A stretch of 64,000 nt of DNA, taken from contig NC_087251.1 of NCBI RefSeq assembly GCF_037042905.1, positions 17,238,001 to 17,302,000 on the forward strand, in the 5' to 3' direction. The notes under the pieces were generated by a model, which made no database searches, was not told where the DNA came from, and was given only the letters and a program-made list of their open reading frames with translations. Shown here piece by piece: positions 26,202 to 38,200 of this stretch. Source of the stretch: Lytechinus pictus. Taxonomy: Eukaryota. A program made the position numbers and the translations under genes. Numbering within the stretch: the stretch's first letter is position 1; each line of letters starts with the position of its first letter.

Positions 26202-29200
26202 GTAAGTAATAGTTGGACAGATATTCACTATTTACTGTTCTCCCTCCTTTCACTCACCTTTCCACTATTCCATCCTCTTTCTTTCAACCCTCTTTTTATC
26301 TTTATCTTTCTCTTTATCTTTCTCTTTCTCTTTATCTTTCTCTCTCTCCCTCTCCTCCCCTCTCTCCCCCTACTATTATTTTGTCTCTCTTGCAATATTA
26401 TCTCATTCACAAAACTTTGTATTGCACTCCCTTGCTTCTTCTTCCTCTTTTTCTTCTGTCTCTTTCTCCTTCTTCTTCTCCTTCGTCTTCTCCTTCTTTT
26501 TTCCTGTTTTCCATTCTTTTCGCTCGTCACACTTTTTCTTCCACCTATTATCTCTTCATCAAGTTCTTTTTATCTCCCCTCTGTGCTCTCTCCATTTCAG
26601 TTGTAAGGGTGTGTGCTTGATCTATTTCAATTTTCTTCTCTGTAATCACCAATGTATAATCGCTTCATGTAAATTTGATTGTGATATGTTATAATTGTAT
26701 CTGTAATTCTTTTATTAGTCCTGTACTTCGTCCTAAAAAAAGCACGAATAACCTGGACTTATTTTCGTTGTTTGTAACTTATTTTTGTTTTGAATAAAGG
26801 TGATATTGAAAAAAATCAAATATTACATCCAGTTCCAGGGGCGGATCCAGCCTCCGCCAATAGGGGGGCACCGAACAATTTTTTCACCCATATTTTCCCC
26901 GATCGGCCGCTCAAAGTTTATTTTTGTTTGTTTCTTTGAAGGGGTTGAGAGGCTCGATATGGCATGTCGCGTAAATTGAATAAGAAGTTACGAGCGAGCG
27001 AAGCGAGCGACGAACATATTGAAATTTGTATTACAAAAATCCAACTTCGTGATAGATTTTGACATAATATTTGGAAAATAATATTATATTTCACCCTTAT
27101 CCCTTTCCTTTTCTCTTTTTTTTTCTTAATCGTGACTTTTTTTTTTGGGGGGGGGGGGCAAAACGCCCATGTCCTAACAATAATTTCTTAGCTTTATAAT
27201 TATAAACAACATAAATGTAACTTCATAAGCCCAATTTAAACAGTGTGAGCGCGAAGTGCGAGCTAAACAATTTTGAAATTTCATGTATTTTGTCCTGAAA
27301 ATTGAACATTCTGGGCAACGTTTGTGAACCTGAACAAAATGCGTATGTAACTAGATAATTATTGAGAGCGCGAAGTGCGAGCAGAAATGTGTATAATGCG
27401 TTCTGGCCTTGTCGAAAAGGGACCTGTTAACATGGTTAAGGATGTTTTGCAGTTAGCCATTAACCCTATCTTAACTGGGCTATTTCGGACCAGTATATAC
27501 TGGGGGGGGGGGGGTCAATTTGACCCCCCGCCCTCAGATCTCGGCCGCTGATTGCGCAATCGCCGCGAAAATTTGCAAGCACGTAGAGCCGGATTTAAAC
27601 TACAAGAGTGTATAGTGAAATTTTTTTTTAAAAATGTAATATTTTTTATTAATTATGCAAATAAGCATATGAAATTTGCCATAAATTTGGTTTTTTGTGT
27701 AGGTATTTGCCTTTAACTCAATTTATATAGCTAGTAGAATGCTAATTTTTGGTGGGAGTATCAAATATAGCAAAAATATAATTAATTTCTTATGTATTTT
27801 ATTGTTTTTTAAATTCTTATGTATTTCTTTGTTTTTTCAAACCTTTGTTTTTTATTGTTTTTCCCGAAGAACTTTGTCGAGGACCCTTTTGCGATCATAA
27901 ATAGCATAAAATAAATCCGTTTAAACCAACAAAACTAAAAATAATCATACATTTATGATTTTTGTTTGAAAAACACAATTTGCAATGACTTTTAATGCGA
28001 GCGCGAAGCGCTAGCTGATTTTTTTTGACGTTCCGGCCTAAAAAATAAACGTTCTATGCACTTTTTGTAATCATGAACGGTATAAATTATAATCAAACAA
28101 TTGATGCGACCACGAAGCACGAGCAGAAAAAATTGAGATTTCAAACCTAAAAACGGGACACTCTCTTCCTGTTTTGTTAATCATTAAAAAAATAAGTACA
28201 ATTTGGTATCTTCCTACATTAATAATGCGAGCGCAAAATGTGAGCAGAAAATTTTTGATATTCTGATCTGAAACTGGATATATAGGCTCATAATGATTTA
28301 CATAGAGGACAAGCTGCCTATCTCAATAAACATGCGTGCGCGTGTTTCAGATTTTGACCTATTTTTTTTTTTCATCATAAAAATCAATAAAGCGAGCGCG
28401 AAGCGTGAGCTTAAAATATTTTATATGTATTTGAAAAAAATGTCAATTTAAGCTTTGTATTTCAAGCACTTTGGAGGAAAATTGTGAGGTGGATATGAAT
28501 CACATTTAAAAAAAGATCTGATATGTTTCATTATTATCACCTTGAGTTTTGACATAGGACAGGGACATTCAAAGAACATCATGTCATATGAAAATGATGA
28601 CTATCTTCTTATTTCTCTTCCTAAGCGGGAGATGAAACTTGTCTATATTCCATTCTTAAAAAGGGTCAATTTGATTATTAAATTGAAATCTTATTTATTT
28701 ATCTAATAAGCCTAATGAGAGCGAAAAATCTGTTAATGTATTTTCAACAATCAATGCGAGCGCAAATAGCGAGCTGAAATTTTTGATAAACTGTGATGAA
28801 ATTGGGATTAATATATAGATATACATATCAAATCACCAATCAAAATGGGAGCGTGCAGCGGTAGCTGTTACGTTTTGACAATTTGACCTGAATAGGGGTA
28901 TTTGAGAACTTTATGGAATACAGGTAAATAATAGGTACCTGACAAATCAAATTTTGCGAGCGCGCAGCGCGAGCAGAAAATGTTAATATTCAGAAGATAA
29001 AAACATATATTTTTTACAGAGCACTTTTTAAATATTAATTTCTAAATCAAACAAAATAATGAAAGTTCGATTTCCGAGCGGAAATATGTTTTTATATATT
29101 GACTTGAAATTTGATATTTAAGCTCCGTATTGAGCATGATCAGTGGCGTAACTACGGGGGGGGGGCATGGGGGGCACGTGCCCCCCCCCCATCGGCTGGC

Positions 29201-32200
29201 AAAAAAACCCGGGGGAAATGAGAAAATGAGAAAAAGAGGGAGAAAGGAAAAGTAACGTAATGGGAAAGAATGAAATATTGTTTATTATAATTTTATATTA
29301 TATTATAATATGTTATGTTACTGTATATTACATAAAAAAACATTTTTTTTCAAAACTTTATGAAACATAATTTGCTCAGGGCCTATGTCTTCATTGTTCC
29401 TGGTGCTCGCATTGTCTGTTTAACTAGATATAATAGATCTTTTTTTTCCCGAACACTTTAGTTTTCAAGTATATTTGAGAGGTCCTGACGTTGTCAAATC
29501 AAATCAATATACACAAAATATATTTCCTCACACTTTCGAATTATAATTGTTTTATGTAGTGACATATGCTTCTTTTTCATTACTACACAAAGTGATTGCC
29601 CCATTTTATGGTCTTAACATAAACATTTCCTGTCCGTGCCTACGTTCGCATTAGTGGACTGGTGAGATATTTCTGCTCTTCATGAATTCCTAAAATCATT
29701 CCTTAAAATTACCCTTTTTCTGATCTATATATCAACAATTTTGAGCTCGTGTTTTGCGCTCGCATCATTTGGTTAGTGAAATGCGTATGGTCTTAGTGAA
29801 TTCCTACAAACAAGCCTTATAATGCCCCTATTTAATGTCCTAAATTTTAAGCTCGCGCTCCGCGCTCGCAATATTTGATTAGTGAGATGCGTATGATAAT
29901 CATGATTTCAATGACTACAAAAAGTGCTTCATGACTTGTGTTTATAGATGCAATTGTAACAAAATCTGCAAGCGCTTGGCACTCGCATTAGATGAGTATG
30001 GTGAGATATGTATACTCTTAATGGATTCCTTAAAAATAGTCCTTAAAATATCCCTGTTTGGAGTCAATATAATTATACAGAAATGTCAGCTCGCGCTTCG
30101 CGCTCGCATCATTTGATTAGTGAAATACGTATGGTATTCGCGAATTCCTACAAACAAGCCTCAAAATGCCCCTCTTCAGGTCTGAATTTCCTAAATTTTC
30201 AGCTCGCGCTTCGCGATATTTGATCAGTGAGATACATAATTATGTTAATCATGATTACAATGACTACAAGTGTGTTTAGATGTAATTCTAACAAAATCAG
30301 CAAGCGCTTGGCACTCGCATTAGATGACTATATGGTGAGATATGTATACTCTTTATTGATTCCTAAAATATAGTCCTTAAAATGTCCCTGTTTGGGGTCA
30401 ATATACACAAAAAATTTCAGCTCGCGCTTCGCGCTCGTATTATTTGTTTACCGAGACAGGTACGTATCATGATAACAAAAATTTGCTTATAATGTCCCTT
30501 TTTATGTCTGAGTATCAAAAATTTTCAGCTCGCGCTTCGCGCTCACATTAATTGATCAGTGAGATACATATCCGTTTAATGACACGGTCCTTAAAATGTC
30601 TCTATTAGGTCAGTATACCTGGCAACTGAGCTCACTAAGTAGCTCAAATTTTTTGCTGGTGCCCCCCCCCCAATGCCATGACCCACGGTACGCCACTGAG
30701 CAAGATATATAAATCACCTAAAAGGCAATGCGAGCGCGAGCGAAAATTTTATACTGTATATAGTGACATGAAATATTTTAAAAATTATTTTTTCAAATCT
30801 TCTCATCTTCATTCGTCTTTCTCCTTTTATGTTTCCCCTTCTTTTTTCTCCTCTCTTTTGCCTTCATTTTTTTTTCTTTCTTTCCCCCTTTTTTCTTTTT
30901 TTTTCTCCGCCAAAAGGGGGGCCCGGGTCCCTCGCCCCCCTGGATCCGCCTATGAGTTCATTTTATGTATAAAAATACTTTTGCTCGGATCTAATGTTTT
31001 CTCACAACTGAACTCACATCTTATATAATAGAAAAATGGGCATACTCATAAATGTAATCAACCCAACCCAAGAGAAAATGTGCGTGAAAGTATACGATAC
31101 ACAGACAGCCAAACAAAAAGGAAAAATACATAACGACAATGAAATAATTATCTTATCAAATTTATTGCATTTTGAACTTTCCACTGACTGTGATCCAAAT
31201 CATTAGATGTAGATTGAAATTAAGTCAAAGTGAAATAAAATCACGTTGAATGACTGATTCTTTTTTTTCCATCTCGTTGCATTTTTATCTTATTTGACAT
31301 AGGACCACCAAATACGCTGATCTCTTGCCGATATATCCTAAGCTACGTAGGTTTCTTAGGATTGACTTGTACTTTCATGAATAGGGTCAACATTAGTGTG
31401 GCCATGACAGCGATGGCTAATAGTTCATACAGTACTTCCTATGATGTCTCCAACTCGACTGAACTATGTCCTGCTAGGTCGGAACATGATTACCAAGAAA
31501 ACATTAGGGTAGGAGGCTTTTACTTGATTATTGTTTTCCACATTCTTGGTGTATTAATTTAGCTTCGATGCGATAACACAAAATACAGATGTTATATTTT
31601 TGACAATCATTTAGATTATTTGAATCATGTTTCCATACAAAGATGAAAAATCACGATGATAATGGAGCACATTATCTCCCAGAAGAAGATTTACGGCACT
31701 CTAACACGTTAGCCGAATCAGACCTATATCCAGATGGAAAAGTATACCATGTAAACGGAAGAAACTGACGCTGATGAGGGCTTATATAATAATACATATT
31801 GGAATATTGGCGAAATGATAATTCCTGTTAATTGCAATGCTTCACAACAACGAAACTAAACGAAAACATCCATGCATCCAAGAGCGATAGAAGTTAATCG
31901 AGTATGCATGTCCCATACAAAGTTGGCAATAGCGAGTTTTCACAATACTACGCAGACGCTTTCTGGAACGTTGGAATTCTATTGAAATACTCGTCCAATC
32001 ACAATGAAAAACTCAGAGGTTATTGTCGAAAATTAAATTGGTGAATCGGGACAGCAGATCGCCCTAAGATTCGGAGCTGAAGAAAATTTGCAAATAATTA
32101 TGTCGTCAGTCTAGGACAAAACTGCTGTTTTGATTCAGAGATTTTCGACAAAGGGCTTTTCACAATAGATTCTCAATGTTCCAGAATGCATCTGCGTAGT

Positions 32201-35200
32201 GGTTATGAAAATTCCCTACAATATCCAACAAGCCACTCTTGTTTAAACTGCATCACTACCTTTATTGATCCAAAGAACGATCAACAGAACCTAAGCTAAT
32301 TTCTCTGAATAATGTACCAGTAGCCCCCCCCCCCCTATATATAAGAAATTATCAGCATGAATTGCGGTATATACGCACGCAGAAGGGATATTCGTTGTTG
32401 TGTCATTTCCAATGATTGAAATTAATGGTTCCCGTCCAGTTTCTTAAATTCCAATTTTTTTTCTAACTCACGTTCAATACCTTCATATCACTATTAGACA
32501 GGAGAGTTTCCATGGGACGCACATACACAGGAGCAGATCTTAGCCGCGATATATTATGGCTTTCCAGTTCTGCAGGTACCTGCTGGTGTATTAGCTGATA
32601 AATATCCTGGATCGTGCTACTGGTTGATAGGTTTTGGGTATCTAGGATCGGCTATATTTCAACTGTTTATCCCTTTAGCAGCTTATAACGGAGGAGCTCC
32701 AGTCATCATAACACTGAGAATACTTGCCGGTCTTTCCGAGGTATATATGTCTCAAAATCATTTTATCCTTAATCAATCCCAAATCTAATATCTGCTGGTA
32801 TATTTGAAAAAGATATAATTTTGGCTGATTGCAGTTTTCTGCACAAAATTTTAAAAAATGGAAAACGAGCAGAATTCAAGTACAGTTATTATCTCATCCC
32901 CTCCCACGTGAACCAAAATTTCATGAAAAGGATCCCGGACTCAGTAACACAAAATTGCGATCAATCGTAATTTAAATTACAACGGCCAAATAATCTAGAT
33001 CGTTTTATAAATCATATTGTTTTGCTTTGGTTTTGATGGGAAATCTTTGATTATAAACCGACCGGCCCCTGATTATTTGTTTACTATAATCATGTTTCAC
33101 CTCGAGAATTAAATTCAACTTGTTTTGTTTTTAAATATGGATTTCCCTCAGGCCGACATATGGCTGTATATTTTTTGTATGTAACATTATGATGATATTG
33201 ATATAAAAATGGCGCATGAACTCTTAATTAATTTATGAAAAATATAGGAAAAGGATGACCAAAATGAAAAGATAGAGAAAAGAGTGGATTATGAAAATTT
33301 CGTGCTCGAGCATTTGCTTACAGCTTTGCTTTGAGGATAATTGAGAGTTTGGAGACGGCCATGATTGAGGGCGAGTATATACATGTACGTTACATCGAAA
33401 TGAAATAGTGGAAGTTAATGTACTTTTCTCCAATAATGTATGTGTATCCCTGTGTTTCCACCGACGATGTTGTAAGGGATATTCCCGGTGGATATTAATT
33501 CGACAATTGCGTTTGCACTTAAAGCTCCATTGTTTGCACATTATCTATATTTTGCGCAGTTATAATTCGTTGATTGATGGATGCATGTTATTATGTGTTG
33601 GCAATAAATGAAACCAGGCATAAAGTGATCCTTTTTATAACTACAAAATAAGAAACTTGTGCTCTGTTCCAGTTAATCGTAATTTCATGAACTTCCCAAG
33701 ATTAATATTATGTACAAATAAATTGAATTTCTGATAACATTTTAACAGAGTGGAACGTACCCCTGTCTATATTCTATGATGTCCCGTTGGGCTCCCCCGG
33801 CAGATAGAAGCAAGTTACTCGCTATCATCTTTGCGGGTAATGTTATACATCTCCACCCAATAGTGGGGGATTGGGGGAGCGACGGTCTGGGGTGTAATGA
33901 ACCTAACATTTTGAGGGGGCCAGGTATGGCGAGCGAGCGAGCAAAACATTCGACATGTTAATTACAAAAATCCAATTTTGTGGTACATTTTGACATTTCC
34001 ACCCTTCTCTTTCCTTTTCTCTTTTTTTTTCTTGGTCGTTATTTTTTTTTTTTTGGGGGGGGGGGGCAGCGCACCAAAGCCTCCCACATCTGTACGCCGC
34101 ATACCGACTGTTAGGGGATAATTCAATTCAATTCAATTTATTTATTTTCTCTTTCAATCGTTTTACATTTACAATGATAGTTCAATATACATATTTACAA
34201 AATATAACATTTAAATAATTTTATAATACAATAATTCCATGAAATCGAAAGAGAAGGAGACCAACTAAAAAGCAGAGCTTGTAGGGTGAAGGCCCCCTTT
34301 TATAAGTACATTTTATGAATCAAAAATAAGATAAAATAAAGAAATAAACAATATATATACAATGAATAAAAAATAAACAAATAAAAATAAAAATAAATAA
34401 ATAATAAAAAAATAAATGATTCAGTATACTTTGTATACAGAAATCATAAAACGATTAAACATATATACAAAGAGAAATTATTAAACACATTTATATATTA
34501 AGTTCTGAATTACATTACTTTAGGAAAAAACGATAATCTAATATGAATTCATAAGATATTTTTTAAGTTTTCCTTTGAAATTTTGTATTGAATTACATTG
34601 TATGATATCCTTTGAAAAAGAATTCCATAATTTTGGACCAGTAAAAACAAATGTTTTCTGTGCAAACGAGTGAAGTGCTTATGAATTTTATCATTTTTTA
34701 CAAACATATCATTAAAAGGTATGATAAACTTGTACATTAACTGTCCTATAGTTGAAAATAATATAAATCTTTAACCTTCAATACTTTATTTCTCAAAAAC
34801 AGAATATTTGTATGTGCCCTGAATTCTGCATGATTAATAATACGAATCACTCTTTTTTGTAATATAAAAAGTCGATTAATTTGAGAATTCGCTGCTTTAC
34901 CCCATGCAACAACTCCGTAATTCATATAAGGAAAAATTAACGTTGAATATAATGATAACAAAATATAATGGGGTAAGAAGTGACTTAATTTTCTAATGAC
35001 ACCAATGTTGCGAGCAATAATTTTACAAATATTATCAATATGTGCTTTCCAAGAAAGTTTTTCGTCAATGATTAGTCCCAAAAATTTAGTAGATCGCACT
35101 CTTTGAATGACAGTATCATTTAAGATTGTATCTTTTGGTACAGTCGTAATCTTGTTGCTAAATAGCATGTAGCTAGTTGTTCTAGGTTAAGAGAGAGTTT

Positions 35201-38200
35201 GTTAGCTGTTATCCAATTAGAAACATTTTTTAGCTCGTCATTGAATATTTGCATCAATTGCTCTGAGTCGGGGTGCGACATAAATATATTAGAGTCATCA
35301 GCGAAAAGTATAAATGGAAGCAATCTAGATGACATAGCAATATCATTTATATAAGTAATGAACAAAAGTGGGCCAAGAATGCTGCCCAGTGGAACTCCAC
35401 AAAGGACAGGTTTACATTCAGAAATATTATAATAAAGTGAAACGAACTTTGAACGCCCGGTTAGATAATTCTTGAATTAGTGGTTCCCCTCTAATTCCAT
35501 GAGAAAGTTTATAAAAGAGAATGTTATGATCAACTGTATCGAAAGCTTTTAAACAAATCTAAGAACAAACCAATCGTATTCGAAGACTTGTCATAAGCTT
35601 TGGCAACTGTTTGAACTAAAGAAAGTATTGCATGGGAAGTGCTACTCTTTTCCCGGAAACCAAATTGAGTATCGGATAGGATGTTGTGCTTTAAAAAAAA
35701 ACATATGGTTCGTATATGTGAACCAATTTTTCAAGAATTTTAGATAAGTTTGTAAGCAATGAAATGGTTCTGTAGTTACTTGCTAAAGAACTATCACCCT
35801 TTTTGAAGACTGGTATTATCTCAGATATTTTAATTGATTTTGGAATATTTCCCGATGATAATGACAAATTGAATATGTAAATAAGAGGGTCAATTATATA
35901 ATTCATAGTTTTCTGTAGAAGGTTGTTATCAATGTTATCAAATCCTGCACTTTTATTTAATTTTAGGCTAGATATAATTATAATTATCTCCTATGCGTTT
36001 GTAGGAGAGAAAAACATAGAACTTTGATTTCTATCCCCCAGATATTGATGAAATGAATGGGAGTTTGTTGGTATACTAGAGCTTGAATCCAACTTGTGAA
36101 AAATAATTATTGAAAATATTTGCCATCTGAACTTTATCTTCAATAATAGAATCATTATGCATAAGCTTAGTTATCTTTGAAAACTTTGGACCATTATTAA
36201 TGGTAGAATTGATCAATTTCCATGTTTTTTAAGATCATTCTTGCATTGGTTAAATTGATCATGGTAATATGCATTTTTAGCAGTACGGATGACCCCTGTT
36301 AGTATATTCTTATAATTAGTATATTGGCTCCGAGTATTCTCAGTTAATCTTAATATATATTTGTAGTATAATAGATTTTTTTTTCTATTTATCGAACGAC
36401 GAATTGAATTCGTTATCAAAGGTAATCTGGGTGATCTTTTATAATTTTTGGACTTGGGCTTTGCAAAAGGAATATTTTCATTAATACGACTCATGAAGAT
36501 ATCAATAAATGTTTTATAGGACTCGTCAACACATTCTGTACTAAATACATCATCCCAAGATTTTCTTCTTCTAAACTCTGTTTCAAACGAGATATATTTG
36601 TATCACTATATACACGCCTCTTAGGTACATAATCGGGAAAGTTGTTTGGCTGATATTGATTAGAACAATTTATGAAAATTGGGAAATTATCAGGCATGTC
36701 TGAGATAATTATACCAGATTTAAATTCTGAAGTACATTGGAGAAAAAATTGTCAATCAGAGTTGCGGAAGTATTAGTAATGCTAGTGGGTCTAGAAATAA
36801 GTGGCAAAAAGGAGGCAGAAAGGAATGTCTCTAAAAAGTCATTTGCAAAAATATTAGTATCACTCGCTAACAGGTCATAGTTAAAGTCTCCCAGCATTAT
36901 CATGATTATGATACATCTTTTGTTTTGAACAGAATGATAATGTAGTAAATTATTTAAAGTGTCTAGAAAATCAGCACTATTGCTGCGAGGAGGCTTATAA
37001 ACAACTCCCAATACAGTTTTTCTGTTATCACGATCACTAATTTCAATAAATAAAGTTTCAAGTTTCTGCATTTTCATTCATTAAATTCATGTCTTAATAA
37101 TAACATACTCAAATTGACTCGGCACAAAAATTGCAACACCACCACCAATTTTATCAACACGATTATTTGTTATAAGTATGTTACTACCAATTCTCAACAT
37201 AATAATCATGAGATACGCATTGGAATTCTCCATGCAAAATAAAACAAAAATTAATATGCTAATGAAAATCAAGCACACTTCGTCTGAATTCATTAAATAG
37301 TTCCTTAATAAATCTCAAATATCGTGATCGTCTTCACGATCGGCGCGAATGTCTATCTGATCTTCGTCGACATCGCGATCATCATTCTCGTTATCACGGA
37401 TGATAACGTCGTCATCTTCGTGTGTCGGGCCGGTGTCGTCGTTCGAGGTCGATGAAGTCGAGATTCGACTCCGCAGTTGGTCAACATGACGTTTCCAATT
37501 CAGCGTCGAGCTATTGGCATTGACATTGAGGCTGTTCTACCTCAGTTCCTTAAACTAGGTTTAGTGGAAACTAGTTTAGTGGAAACTAGTTTAACGCTAA
37601 GTGAGAACGGTCGAAGCGCTCTTGGAAGCGCTCTTCCAAACCAGTTTGGAAGACCACCTCGCGATGTAGTTTTCAAGATCGCTTCGCATCGGAAAAGTGT
37701 TTTTAGCGTAAGTGAGGACACAACCGTTCTTCGGGAAGCGATCTTCGCACATTTTGAGCGCGCTACTCCACACGACAGGTGTAGAATGCCTATGCTGCGG
37801 TTTCGAATTTCGCGCGAAACGTGTCTCCCCACTGAGAGCGTTTCCATAGCAACAAGAGCGCTATACGTGAAGTGATTTTGAAAACCACTTTCGTGTGATC
37901 AAGTGAGAACGCTAGCAAAGCGATCTTTTAAACTGGCTTTCTGAACCGGTTCCCAGTAAACTAGTTTTAGGAACGTAGTGAGAACAGCCTCATTTACGAC
38001 ATAGGATACCGGACCGTTACGTTCGACTACCTTTCCGGGTAGCCATTGGTTACCTCGCCCGTAATTTCTCACAAGGACTTCTTCTCCTATCCGCGAAGTT
38101 TGCGAGAAGTGTGAGCGGTCTGTGAGAATTGTTTCTGTTCTGCCTGATGTGAACGCAACTGTTGAAAAGAAGCAATTCTCACAGACCGCTCACACTTTTC

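Larger units (their letters stand above)
26836..30954. mobile_element. Large non-autonomous TIR element with 5-bp TSD, carrying nested insertions
   Basis: CAGGGGCGGATCCAG...CTGGATCCGCCTATG; AGTTC at 26831-26835 and 30955-30959. Confidence 0.75.

Noticed and set aside
37477..37875. 132-aa and 101-aa ORFs (and 4467-4778)
   Set aside because: Chance ORFs within a non-coding MITE; no transposase motifs.
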